64,000 bases of DNA from Terriglobia bacterium (GCA_963748015.1 CAVVHE010000009.1:160001-224000), one strand, 5' to 3'. Positions 9,297 to 19,366 are shown, counted from the stretch's first letter. Numbers and translations: made by a program. Notes: generated from the letters alone by a model not told the origin.

Positions 9297-10766
9297 TCAA
9301 GCGAACAGCGGGGCCTGGGCGCGCGACGCCCCGGAGTATCTGCCCTCCGCGAAGGCGTCGGCGTCGCTCGCCTCGCCGGTCCAGCAGTAGGTGCACAGCT
9401 TCTCGCGGGGGAGGCCGATCGCCGCGATCATGTCGGGCAGGGTCTGGTAGCGGAGGGTGGTCAGGCCGAGCCGGCCGCGGATGCTCTCGACCATCGCCGC
9501 GTACTCCCGCGTGCCGGCGTCGGAGTAGACGGCCAGGTCGCGCCCCGCGTCCCCCCCGATCTCCGCGATGGCCCGCCGGCCGGCGAGGTCCATCTCCGAC
9601 CGGGAGCGGGAGAAGTTGAGGAACTTGCACCCGCACACGAGCGGGGGACAGGCGGGCCGCATGTGGACCTCGCGGGCGCCCAGCTCGAAGATCCGCCGGA
9701 TGACGTCCTTGAGCTGCGTGCCGCGGACGATGGAGTCCTCGCAGAAGAGGAGTCTCTTTCCCTCGATGTGCGCCCGAATCGGGATCAGCTTCATCCGGGC
9801 CACCAGGTCCCGGACCCGCTGGTCCTGCGGCATGAAGCTCCGCGGCCAGGTGGGGGTGTACTTCACGAACGGGCGCCGGTAGGGGACGCCCGCCTCGGAG
9901 GCGTAGCCGATCGCGTGGCCGATCCCGGAATCCGGGATGCCGGCCACGAGATCCACCTCCACGTCGTCGGCGCGAGCGAGGGCGGCGCCGCAGCGGTTGC
10001 GGGCTGCCTCCACGTTGATCCCCTCGTAGTCCGACGCGGGATACCCGTAGTAGATCCAGAGGAACGAGCAGATCTGCATGCGCTCGCCGGGGGGCGAAAG
10101 CTGTTCCGCGCCCTCGGCCGTGATCCGGACGATCTCGGCGGGGCCGAGTTCCCGGTCCACCTCGTAGTCGAGGTTGGGCAGGGCGCAGGTTTCGAGCGTC
10201 ACCGCGGTCGAGCCGTCCTTCCGGCCAACGACTACGGGGGTCCGTCCGAGGCGGTCGCGGGCGGCGTAGATGCCGTGGTCGGTGAGAAGCAGGACCGAGC
10301 AGGACCCCTCCACCTGCTCCTGAACCCGCCTGAGCCCCTCGACCAGCGTGTCCTGCTGGTCGATCAGGCTCGCGACGACCTCGGTCTGGTTGAACTCGTT
10401 CCTCTTGAACTCGCTGAAGTGGGTTCCGTAGCCGTTCAAGACCGACTTCGCGAGCTTCTGGACGTTGTTGACGCGGCCCACGGTGACGATGGCGTAGGCC
10501 CCGTGGCGGGAAGCGATCATCAGCGGCTGGTCCTCGTAGTCGCTGATCACCCCGATGCCCATGCCGCCGCGATACTTCGGGAGATCCTCCTCGAACTTGG
10601 TGCGGAAGGGCGTGTTCGTGATGTCGTGGATGTTCCGCTTGAAGCCGTCCCGGTTCTTGACCACCAGCCCGCCGCGGGACGTGCCCAGGTGGGAGTGGTA
10701 GTCGGTCCCGTAGAACAGGTCGGCGACACAGTCGTCCTTGGAGGCGACCCCGAAGAATCCGCCCAT
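9297..10766 (-). CDS. purF: Amidophosphoribosyltransferase-like protein lacking the N-terminal catalytic Cys
   Basis: AARDRLGRTP, CSFLWIYY, GIPDSG, PRPP loop EDSIVRGTQ, LCTYCWTG; N-terminus is MGGFFG. Confidence 0.85.
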   Translation of the reverse strand: MGGFFGVASKDDCVADLFYGTDYHSHLGTSRGGLVVKNRDGFKRNIHDITNTPFRTKFEEDLPKYRGGMGIGVISDYEDQPLMIASRHGAYAIVTVGRVNNVQKLAKSVLNGYGTHFSEFKRNEFNQTEVVASLIDQQDTLVEGLRRVQEQVEGSCSVLLLTDHGIYAARDRLGRTPVVVGRKDGSTAVTLETCALPNLDYEVDRELGPAEIVRITAEGAEQLSPPGERMQICSFLWIYYGYPASDYEGINVEAARNRCGAALARADDVEVDLVAGIPDSGIGHAIGYASEAGVPYRRPFVKYTPTWPRSFMPQDQRVRDLVARMKLIPIRAHIEGKRLLFCEDSIVRGTQLKDVIRRIFELGAREVHMRPACPPLVCGCKFLNFSRSRSEMDLAGRRAIAEIGGDAGRDLAVYSDAGTREYAAMVESIRGRLGLTTLRYQTLPDMIAAIGLPREKLCTYCWTGEASDADAFAEGRYSGASRAQAPLFA

Positions 10767-10869
10767 CTTCCTCTCCCTCTCCTTCCGGTCCTCGACGGAC
10801 CCCTGGAGAAGCCTTGGAGCAGCACGACGCTGCGGGGGGTGAAGTGACTTCTAGTCCTGTGCAGGCCGT

Positions 10870-10906
10870 CGTGTCAAGCGCGCGGGGCCCGTGGGCTCTT
10901 GACACG
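10870..10906. promoter_or_regulatory. Back-to-back -35 boxes / inverted repeat between divergent purF and cyclophilin genes
   Basis: CGTGTCAAG-N19-CTTGACACG; TTGACA on each strand pointing toward each gene. Confidence 0.4.
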
Positions 10907-10983
10907 GACGATGCCTCCCTGCAGCTTGGGGGTCCCCGCGACAGGCGACAACCACCGCGGAGGCTCACGAAGGGGTCGATGCC

Positions 10984-11983
10984 ATGAACCGTCACGCGCT
11001 CCTCTTTCTCTCTCGTCGTTCTCCCCGGCTTCGCTCCGGAGGCCCGGGCGCAGTCCACGCCCCCGCCGGCTCCGACACCCGCCCCCGCCGCCAAGACCAT
11101 GGCCGAGGTGCTCGCGGCGTCGAAGCCGTCCGACTGGCGCTCTCTCGACCCCGAGAACACCCTCTACCTCGAGCTCCAGGCGGGCAGGGTCGTGATCGAG
11201 CTCGCGCCCGCGTTCGCCCCGAAGCACGCGGCCAACGTCCGGGCCCTGGCGCGAGAGGGCTACTTCGACGGCCTCTCGATCCTCCGCTCGCAGGACAACT
11301 ACGTGGTCCAGTGGGGCGATCCCGACGGAGACGATGCGGAAAAGCGGCGGCCGATCCGCAAGGCGCGGCGAACGCTCGCGCCGGAATTCGACCGGGCCGC
11401 AAGCGACGACCTGCCGTTCACGCGGCTGCCGGACGGGGACGTCTATGCTCCCGAGGTCGGCTTCTCGGAGGGGTTTCCCGCGGCGCGCGACCCGAAGGCG
11501 GGACGCGCGTGGCTCGCGCACTGCTACGGCATGCTCGGGGCGGGACGCGGCATGGAGGCGGACAGCGGCGGTGGCGCCGAGCTCTACGTGGTGATCGGCC
11601 ACGCGCCCCGCCACCTGGACCGGAACGTGACCCTCCTCGGTCGGGTCGTGCAAGGGATCGAGCTTCTCTCGACCTTGCCCCGCGGCACGGGTGCGATGGG
11701 TTTCCACGAGAAGCCCGAGCAGCGCCTGCCCGTGAAATCGGTGCGCGTCGCTTCCGACGTGCCCGAAGCCGCGCGGACGAATCTCGAGATCCTGCGGACC
11801 GGCACCCCCACCTTCCTGGCGCTGGTCGACGCGCGCCGCAACCGCCGCGAGGAGTGGTTCAAGAACCCCACCGGGCACATCGACCTGTGCAACGTCCCGA
11901 TCGTGGTCCGACCGCGTTCGACGCCGAGCCCGCACCCGGCTCGCGGTGGCGGAGAATCGAATCTCGAGGGAGCTGGACGCTAA
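10984..11983 (+). CDS. Periplasmic cyclophilin-type peptidyl-prolyl isomerase; signal peptide interrupted by a frameshift near 11010
   Basis: Body: [57 protein letters not shown] (frame of 10984) continues as [15 protein letters not shown] in the next frame. Confidence 0.8.
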
Positions 11984-12026
11984 CGTCGGGTAGGTCTAAG
12001 TTGTGGCCCGTTGCTGGAGGGGTCTA

Positions 12027-14027
12027 GTGTCGGTCCTCGTCCTGGCCATCGTCGTTCTCGCCGTCAGCGGGATGGCCGCCCTGCTCGCGGCGCGCTCGCC
12101 TCGGCTCGCGGCCGTGGTCGGGGTCGCGGGAGCCGTTGCAGGTTCCCTGCTGGGTCTCCTCGCCGCGGGCCGGTTCATCGTTCTCGGGTCGGGGAGCGAG
12201 ACACTGGTCAGGGCGTGGGCGGTTCCCGGCGGATCGTTCGCGTTGCGGCTCGACGCCTTGAGCGCGCTGTTCCTCGTCCCGACGTTCCTCCTGGGCGGGC
12301 TGTGCGCGATCTACGGCCACGAGTACCTCTCCGCCAGCCACATGGCGCCGCGCTCCGGTCGCGCGTGGTTCTTCTTCAACATCCTGCTGGGGGCCATCGC
12401 CGTCGTTTTCGTCGCGGGGAACGCCGTGCTGTTCCTCGTGAGCTGGGAGCTCATGGCGGTCTCCTCGTTCTTCCTCGTGACGTTGGAGGACGAGGAGGAG
12501 CAGGTCAGGCAGGCCGGCTGGACTTATCTGGTCGCGAGCCACCTCGGGACGGCGTTTCTGATCGCCCTGTTCGCCTTGCTCGCCACGCGGGCGGGCTCGC
12601 TCGATTTCCTTGCGTTCGAGGCCGTTGCGGGCGGCGGCGGAGCCCGGACGGGCCTGTTCTTCGCTCTGGCGCTCGTCGGCTTCGGCGTGAAGGCGGGCCT
12701 CATGCCCCTGCACGTGTGGCTTCCCGAGGCCCACCCGGCCGCCCCGAGCCACGTGTCGGCGCTGATGTCGGGCGTGATGATCAAGACGGGCGTCTACGGC
12801 ATCGCCCGGACGCTCGGGTTCCTCGGCCCCCCCGCCCCCTGGTGGGGCTGGGTGCTGATCGGAGTCGGTGCCGTCTCGGGGTTGGGGGGAGTGATCTTCG
12901 CTCTGGCGCAGCACGACCTCAAGCGGCTGCTCGCGTACTCCAGCGTGGAGAACGTCGGGATCATCACGATGGGACTCGGCGTCGGCGTGCTCGGAGTTTC
13001 CTCGGGATCTCCGGCGCTCGCGGCCTTCGGTTTCGCGGGTGCCCTGCTCCACGTGGTGAACCACGCGATCTTCAAGGGGCTCCTGTTCCTCGGGGCCGGC
13101 GCCGTCCTCACGGCGACGGGGACGCGGAACATCGAACGGCTCGGAGGGCTGCTGCGCCTCGCTCCCTGGACGGGTGTGACGTTCCTCGTCGGGGCCGCCG
13201 CGATCTCGGGGCTCCCGCCTCTCAACGGGTTCGTGAGCGAGTTCCTCATCCTGATCGGGGCCATGAAGGGCGTGGCGACGCTTCCGGCAGGAGTTGCGGT
13301 ATCCCTGCTGATCGTCGTCGCCGCCATGGCGTTGATCGGGGGGCTCGCGGTCGCGTGTTTCGCGAGGGCCTTCGGGATCGTCTTCCTGGGGACTCCGCGC
13401 GTGTCTCTTCCCGAGAGAGCGACGGACCCGGGCCTGCTCATGAAAGTCCCCCTCGTGCTTCTCGCGGCGGCCTGTCCCACCATCGGCTTTCTGTCCCCCT
13501 GGGTCGTGCCGCGGCTCGGCGCGAGCGTGGGGAGGTTGCAGGCTGTATCGGAGGCCGCCGCCCGCGGGGTCCTGGATGACGCGGGGACGTGGCTCGCGGG
13601 GTTCGCCGCCTGTGCGGCGTTGGTTCTCGCGGTCGCGCTCCTGCTCGCGCTCCTACGGAAGCGGTTGCTCGCCTCTCGTGACATGCGCGAGGCGGCAACC
13701 TGGGACTGCGGCTACGCCGCACCGACGGCCCGGATGCAGTACACGGCGTCTTCCTTCGCCGATCCGTTGACCCGTCTCTTCCAGCCGGTGCTCAGGACGC
13801 ACGGCCGCACCGCGCTTCCCCCCGGCCTCTTTCCCCGGGACGCCTCGTTCCAGACGGAAACGCCCGACGCCGCCCGCCAGCAGCTCTACGCTCCTCTATT
13901 CGCGGCAGCCCAGCGTGCAGCGTCGCGCGTTCGTGGGATGCAACAAGGCCGCCTCCAGCTCTACGTCCTCTACGTGGCGCTGACGCTCGTGGCCCTCCTC
14001 TTCTGGGAGCTGGGGTGGAACCGATGA
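12027..14027 (+). CDS. hyfB: Hydrogenase-4 component B-like proton-pumping subunit (NuoL/MrpA family; EhrA)
   Basis: GGAGG + GTG; FLVSWELM, KAGLMPLHVWLPEAHPAAPSHVSALMSG, RLLAYSSVEN, GLPPLNGFVSE, TWDCGY. Confidence 0.88.
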   Translation: MSVLVLAIVVLAVSGMAALLAARSPRLAAVVGVAGAVAGSLLGLLAAGRFIVLGSGSETLVRAWAVPGGSFALRLDALSALFLVPTFLLGGLCAIYGHEYLSASHMAPRSGRAWFFFNILLGAIAVVFVAGNAVLFLVSWELMAVSSFFLVTLEDEEEQVRQAGWTYLVASHLGTAFLIALFALLATRAGSLDFLAFEAVAGGGGARTGLFFALALVGFGVKAGLMPLHVWLPEAHPAAPSHVSALMSGVMIKTGVYGIARTLGFLGPPAPWWGWVLIGVGAVSGLGGVIFALAQHDLKRLLAYSSVENVGIITMGLGVGVLGVSSGSPALAAFGFAGALLHVVNHAIFKGLLFLGAGAVLTATGTRNIERLGGLLRLAPWTGVTFLVGAAAISGLPPLNGFVSEFLILIGAMKGVATLPAGVAVSLLIVVAAMALIGGLAVACFARAFGIVFLGTPRVSLPERATDPGLLMKVPLVLLAAACPTIGFLSPWVVPRLGASVGRLQAVSEAAARGVLDDAGTWLAGFAACAALVLAVALLLALLRKRLLASRDMREAATWDCGYAAPTARMQYTASSFADPLTRLFQPVLRTHGRTALPPGLFPRDASFQTETPDAARQQLYAPLFAAAQRAASRVRGMQQGRLQLYVLYVALTLVALLFWELGWNR

Positions 14028-14935
14028 AGGCCTGGTCCGTTGTCCACGCCGTCCTGGCCATCGTCGCCGCTCCGCTCCTTCCGGGGATCATCCAGCGCAT
14101 CAAGGCGTGGTTCGCCGGCCGCTCGGGACCACCGCTCCTGCAGCCCTACAGAGACATGGCCCGGCTCCTCAGGAAGGGGGCCGTGTTCAGCCGCACCACC
14201 ACCTGGGTCTTTCGCGCCGCGGGTCCCGTCGTCCTCGCGACGACGCTGGGCGCCTTGACGCTGCTGCCGGCCGGCGGGATTCCGGCGCTCCTGCCGTTTC
14301 ACGGAGACTTCCTACTCCTCGTGTACCTCCTGGCGTTGGGCCGCTTCGCCTCGATTCTGGCCGCGCTCGACACGGGTTCGAGCTTCGAGGGGATGGGGGC
14401 GAGCCGCGAGGCGGCCTTCGGCGCCCTGGCCGAGCCCGCGGTGCTCCTCGGCCTCGCCGCCGCGATCCGCGCAACCGGCGAGCTGTCTCTGACGGGGATC
14501 ACCGCGTCCGCGGGATCGGGAGGCTGGAAGGCGTCGAGCCCGGCCCTGCTGCTCGTCGTCGTCTCGATGCTCGCCGTGTTCCTGGCGGAGAACGCGCGGA
14601 TCCCCGTGGACGATCCGAACACCCATCTCGAGCTCACGATGATCCACGAGGTGATGATCCTCGATCATTCGGGACCCGACCTGGCGTTGCTCGAGTACGC
14701 CGCGGCGCTGAAGCTGTGGGTGTTCGGCGGGCTGATCGTCGGCCTGGCGGTGCCCGCGCGGGCCGACAGCCCCATGGTGAGCCTGGCGGCGTTCCTGGCG
14801 GGGATGCTGGTGCTGGCGGTGCTGGTCGGCGCGATCGAGTCCAGCCTCGCGAGGTTGAGGCTCTTCCGCATCCCCCAGTTCCTCGTCGGCGCGGCGGCGG
14901 CTTCCGCCCTCGCCCTCGTTCTCTTGTTGAGGTAA
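14024..14935 (+). CDS. hyfC: Hydrogenase-4 component C-like subunit (NuoH family; EhrB)
   Basis: GPPLLQPYRD, DTGSSFEGMGASRE, ENARIPVDDPNTHLELTMIHE; ATGA overlap. Confidence 0.9.
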   Translation: MKAWSVVHAVLAIVAAPLLPGIIQRIKAWFAGRSGPPLLQPYRDMARLLRKGAVFSRTTTWVFRAAGPVVLATTLGALTLLPAGGIPALLPFHGDFLLLVYLLALGRFASILAALDTGSSFEGMGASREAAFGALAEPAVLLGLAAAIRATGELSLTGITASAGSGGWKASSPALLLVVVSMLAVFLAENARIPVDDPNTHLELTMIHEVMILDHSGPDLALLEYAAALKLWVFGGLIVGLAVPARADSPMVSLAAFLAGMLVLAVLVGAIESSLARLRLFRIPQFLVGAAAASALALVLLLR

Positions 14936-14938
14936 GAC

Positions 14939-15583
14939 GTGACACTCTGGCTCGACGCGCTGATGGTGCTGGCGATCTGCACGAGCCTGAGGCTTCTCGG
15001 TTCGAGCCGCCTCGGCTCTTCGATCCGGACCGTCGCCGTCCAGGGCGCCATCCTGGGTCTCGTTCCGGTCGCGGCGAATCCCTGGGGCGTCCCCGCGCGT
15101 CTGATCCTATTGACGGCCGCCGCGGTGGGGCTGAAGGCCGTCGTGTTTCCGTGGCTGCTCTTTCGCGCTCTGCGCGGCGCCAAGGTGCGGCGGGAGGTGG
15201 AGCCCTTCGTGGGCTACACCAGCTCGCTGATGATCGGCGTGCTCGTGCTGATCGCCTCCTTCTGGGTCGGCTCGCGCCTGCACTTGCCGGGCGAGCCCGC
15301 CTCCTCCCTCCTCGTTCCGGTGGCGCTCTCCACGATTCTCGTCGGCCTCTTCCTCATCGTCAGCCGGAAGAAGGCGCTCAGCCAGGTCCTCGGCTACCTC
15401 GTGTTCGAGAACGGCATCTTCGTTTTCGGGGTCGGCGCGGCCTACGAAGCGCCCTTTCTCGTCGAGATGGGGGTGCTCCTCGACGTCTTCGTGGCCGTGT
15501 TCGTCATGGGGATCGCGATCTTCCACATCAGCCGCGAGTTCGATTCGATCGACACGACGCGGCTCGAGACGCTGAGGGACTGA
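14939..15583 (+). CDS. hyfE: Hydrogenase-4 component E-like membrane subunit (EhrC)
   Basis: Highly hydrophobic; KALSQVLGYLVFENG, VEMGVLLDV, C-terminal FDSIDTTRLETLRD. Confidence 0.88.
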   Translation: MTLWLDALMVLAICTSLRLLGSSRLGSSIRTVAVQGAILGLVPVAANPWGVPARLILLTAAAVGLKAVVFPWLLFRALRGAKVRREVEPFVGYTSSLMIGVLVLIASFWVGSRLHLPGEPASSLLVPVALSTILVGLFLIVSRKKALSQVLGYLVFENGIFVFGVGAAYEAPFLVEMGVLLDVFVAVFVMGIAIFHISREFDSIDTTRLETLRD

Positions 15584-15589
15584 CCGGCC

Positions 15590-17066
15590 ATGATCCTCTG
15601 GCTCCTGGTCGTTCCGGTCGTCGCGGGCCTCCTCGCGTTCGCTCCGACCGTCGCCCCGCTTCGCCGGATCCTGCTCGTGACCGCGGCGACGATTCACGCG
15701 GGCCTCGTGGTCGCGACCTGGGTCCGCCCCACGGCGCCGAGGTGGAACGGGATGCTCGCGCTCGACGCGGCGGGACAGCTCTTCCTGACGATCACGAGCC
15801 TGCTGTTCCTGGCGGTCGCCTTGTACGTCGCCGGGTATCTCGGCCGGGAGGCGAGGGGCGAGCGGGAGGACTTCAAGGAGGAGTTCCTGTTCTCGAACGC
15901 GCCGGAGGCCGTCTTCGTCGGCTGCCTCCTGCTGTTCCTCGCTGCGATGACGGTCGTGACCCTGAGCCAGCACTTCGGGTTGACCTGGGTCGGGATCGAG
16001 GCCACGACGCTCGTGAGCGCGCCGCTGATCTACTTCCACCGCCACCACCGTTCCCTCGAGGCCACCTGGAAGTACCTGATGATCTGCTCGGTCGGCATCG
16101 GCTTGGCACTGCTCGGCAACTTCTTTCTCGCCATCGCGGCAACGCGACCCGACGGTAGCGCGACACCACTTCTCCTTCGCTGACCTCTTGGCGTCGGCCG
16201 GCACCCTGGAGACGGGCTGGCTCCGGCTCGCGTTCATCCTCCTGCTGGTCGGGTACGGGACCAAGATGGGGCTGGCGCCGCTCCACACCTGGCTGCCCGA
16301 CGCGCACAGCGAATCGCCGTCCGCCGTGTCCGCGCTCCTTTCGGGGGCGCTGCTCAACTGCGCTTTCCTGGGCATCCTTCGGGGCGTGCAGGTCTGCGCC
16401 GCAGCCGGTCTCGCGGAGTTCGCGGGCTCGCTGCTGACCGCCTTCGGTCTCCTCTCGATGGCGGTGGCGGCGGCTTTCCTGACGATGCCGGCGGACTACA
16501 AGCGCATGCTGGCCTACTCGAGCGTCGAGCACATGGGGATCCTCGCGCTCGGGGTCGGGATCGGCGGCGCGGGAACCTACGGAGCGATGTTCCACGCCGT
16601 CAACCACTCCGTCACGAAGGCCATGCTCTTCCTGCTGGCGGGAAATGTCCTGGGCGCCTACCGGACGAAAGCGGTCGCCGAGGTGCGTGGGGTCGTTCGC
16701 GTCCTTCCGGTCTCGGGCTGGCTGTGGGTGGCGGGCCTCTTCGCGATCACCGGCACGCCGCCGTTCTCGCTCTTCCTGAGCGAGTTCCTGATCGCCAGGG
16801 CCGCCATCGACGCGGGCCGCGGGCTGCTGGCGGCGGTGTTCCTCGCCCTTCTGGGATGGATCTTCGCCGTGATGGCCCGCACCATGCTCGTCATGGCCCA
16901 AGGCGTACCGCGTTCCGGGACCGGCCTGCCCTCGCGGCCCGAGCCGTTCCTCGCCGTGCTCTCGCCGGTCGCGCTGGCCGTCGCGGCTCTTCTGTTGGGC
17001 CTCTATGTCCCGGGGCCGCTCCACTCGACACTCCGTCACGCGGCCGCCATCTTCGGGAGGCCGTGA
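15590..17066 (+). CDS. hyfF: Hydrogenase-4 component F-like antiporter subunit (EhrD), split by a +1 frameshift near 16177
   Basis: WVGIEATTL...SLEATWKY in the first frame; GYGTKMGLAPLHTWLPDAHSE, KRMLAYSSVEH in the next frame. Confidence 0.85.
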
Positions 17067-17070
17067 CGCC

Positions 17071-18585
17071 ATGCGCCAGCCGCCGCTCTTGCTGGACAAC
17101 GCCGTCGCTGCTTCCCTTAGCGACGTGCCGGAAATCGGCCTCGACGAGTTCCGGGGCGCGGTTCTCGACGAGGTGACGGGCGGCGGTAGGATCGTCGCCT
17201 TCTTCGGCGCGCCGCGCGGCGGAAGTGATCTGTCGCTGTTTGCCATCGTGGCGAGGCCCTCGCGGCACCTCGCCGTCCTGTCGACGGCCGTGAGGGATGG
17301 ATTCCCCTCCATGGCGGGGGAGTGCCCCCAGCTCGCCAACTTCGAGCGCGAGGTCGCCGAGCAGTGGGGGGTGCGCCCGGAGGGGCACCCGTGGTGGAAG
17401 CCTCTCCGTTATCACGCGTCCTGGCGGCCGGGGCGCGATGCGTGGGGGAGGCGGGAAGGCGAGCCAATCGTCCCGTCGGTCGCGCCGTTCTTCGCCGTTT
17501 CGGGCGAGGAAGTCCACGAGGTCGCCGTGGGCCCGGTCCACGCCGGGATCATCGAGCCCGGCCATTTCCGGTTCCAGTGCCACGGCGAGACCGTCCTTCA
17601 TCTCGAGATCTCCCTCGGCTACCAGCATCGCGGCGTCGAGCGGGCGCTCCTCGGCGGGCCGGGCCCGCGCACGATCCACTACATGGAAACGGTGGCGGGC
17701 GACACGACGGTCGGACACGCGCTCGCGTACTCGCAAGCCGTGGAAGCTCTCTCGTACTGCGATCCTCCCGGAAGGGCCGAAGCCCTCCGTGCCGTCGCGC
17801 TCGAGCTCGAGCGCCTCGCCAACCACGTCGGCGACCTCGGCGCGCTCGCGGGCGACGTCGGTTACCTTCCCACGGCGTCGTTCTGCGGGAGGCTTCGGGG
17901 CGACTTCCTGAATCTGACGGCGCTCGCTTGCGGCAGCCGCCTCGGAAGGGGATGGATCCGGCCCGGCGGCGTCGTTTTCGATGCGGCTCCTCACGTCGAC
18001 GACATGAACAACCGTCTCAAGGCCGCGATGCGGGACCTCGACGGCTCCGTGAGACTCCTCCTGAACACCTCGACGGTCCGCGCTCGATTCGAGGAGACCG
18101 GCGTTCTCACAGCCGAGATCTGTCGCGAGCTGGGACTGGTGGGACCGCCGGCCCGAGCCTGCGGCATCGAGCAGGACGTGCGGCACGATTTCCCCACCGG
18201 TGCTTATCGTGGGTCCCCCGCGAGGGTCGTGACCTGGCTCTCGGGCGACGTCTTTGCGCGCGCGCAGCTGCGCTTCTTGGAGGCGCAGGAATCGGCTCGG
18301 CTAGTCCGGGAGCAGCTGGAGCAGCTTCCGGCGGGCCCGATCAGCACGGAGACCGGGCCATTGAGGCCCGAGTCCATCGCGGTATCGCTGGTCGAGGGTT
18401 GGCGCGGCGAGATCTGCCATGTCGCGATCACCGGCGAGCACGGGCGGTTCGCCCGATACAAGATCGTGGACCCGTCCTTCCACAACTGGCCGGGATTGGC
18501 GATCGCCATGCGGCAGCAGCCCATCTCCGACTTCCCGCTCTGCAACAAGAGCTTCAACCTGTCGTACTGCGGCCACGACCTGTGA
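17071..18585 (+). CDS. ehrL: HyfG/NuoCD-like large subunit without Ni-Fe cysteine motifs (Ehr large subunit)
   Basis: N-terminal NuoC-like FEREVAEQWG...GHPW; VGPVHAGIIEPGHFRF, YQHRGVE, ELERLANH, EGWRGE, KSFNLSYCGHDL. Confidence 0.85.
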   Translation: MRQPPLLLDNAVAASLSDVPEIGLDEFRGAVLDEVTGGGRIVAFFGAPRGGSDLSLFAIVARPSRHLAVLSTAVRDGFPSMAGECPQLANFEREVAEQWGVRPEGHPWWKPLRYHASWRPGRDAWGRREGEPIVPSVAPFFAVSGEEVHEVAVGPVHAGIIEPGHFRFQCHGETVLHLEISLGYQHRGVERALLGGPGPRTIHYMETVAGDTTVGHALAYSQAVEALSYCDPPGRAEALRAVALELERLANHVGDLGALAGDVGYLPTASFCGRLRGDFLNLTALACGSRLGRGWIRPGGVVFDAAPHVDDMNNRLKAAMRDLDGSVRLLLNTSTVRARFEETGVLTAEICRELGLVGPPARACGIEQDVRHDFPTGAYRGSPARVVTWLSGDVFARAQLRFLEAQESARLVREQLEQLPAGPISTETGPLRPESIAVSLVEGWRGEICHVAITGEHGRFARYKIVDPSFHNWPGLAIAMRQQPISDFPLCNKSFNLSYCGHDL

Positions 18586-18598
18586 GGCCGAGAAGATC

Positions 18599-19366
18599 GT
18601 GCTGAAAGCGCTCATCGAGAGATTGCGGCAGGGCCACCGGACGATCCGGTATCCGGGCGCCCTCCCCGCGTCGCCTCCGCGGTACCGTGGCCTACCCGTC
18701 CTGGACCCCGCCAAGTGTCCCGACGGGTGCCGCTCCTGCGCCGAGCACTGCCCGACCGGCGCGATCGTCGTCGGCGCCGGGGAGCGGGGGCCGAAGCTCG
18801 ACCTCGGCCGCTGCCTCTTCTGCGTGGAGTGCGAGCGCGCCTGTCCCTCGGAAGCTCTTCGTTTTTCCGGGGACCATAGGATGGCCGCGAGATCCCGGGA
18901 GGACCTTCTCGTCGGTGTCGAGTCCAGGCGCCTGGCGCGCGCGCTCGATCGCGAGGCGCTCCGGGTGTTCGGCAGGTCCCTGAAGCTCCGCCAGGTCAGC
19001 GCCGGCGGGTGCAACGGCTGCGAGGTCGAGGTGAACGTGCTGAACACGGTCGTCTTCGATCTCTCGCGCTTCGGCGTTCAGTTCGTCGCGTCGCCGCGAC
19101 ACGCCGACGGCATCCTCGTCACGGGACCGGTCACGACCAACATGAGCGAAGCGCTGAAGAGGACGTACGACGCGATGCCGTCCCCGCGTCTCGTGATCGC
19201 CGTGGGCGCCTGCGCGATCTCGGGCGGGCCCTACATCGACCACGCGGAGGCCTCGAACGGGGCCGAAGCCGTGGTTGCGGTGGACCTTTACGTGCCCGGC
19301 TGCCCGCCGCATCCCCTGACGACGCTCGACGGCCTTCTCCGGCTTCTCGGGAAGCTCCCCGGTTGA
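18599..19366 (+). CDS. ehrS: Fused 2x[4Fe-4S] ferredoxin and NuoB/HyfI-like small subunit (Ehr small subunit)
   Basis: CPDGCRSCAEHCP and CLFCVECERACP; GGCNGCEVE, SPRHADGILVTG, GACAISGG, PGCPPHP. Confidence 0.88.
   Translation: MLKALIERLRQGHRTIRYPGALPASPPRYRGLPVLDPAKCPDGCRSCAEHCPTGAIVVGAGERGPKLDLGRCLFCVECERACPSEALRFSGDHRMAARSREDLLVGVESRRLARALDREALRVFGRSLKLRQVSAGGCNGCEVEVNVLNTVVFDLSRFGVQFVASPRHADGILVTGPVTTNMSEALKRTYDAMPSPRLVIAVGACAISGGPYIDHAEASNGAEAVVAVDLYVPGCPPHPLTTLDGLLRLLGKLPG

Noticed and set aside
17071..18585. Calling the large subunit a [NiFe]-hydrogenase (HyfG/HycE)
   Set aside because: Both CxxC nickel-binding motifs are missing and no maturation genes are adjacent.
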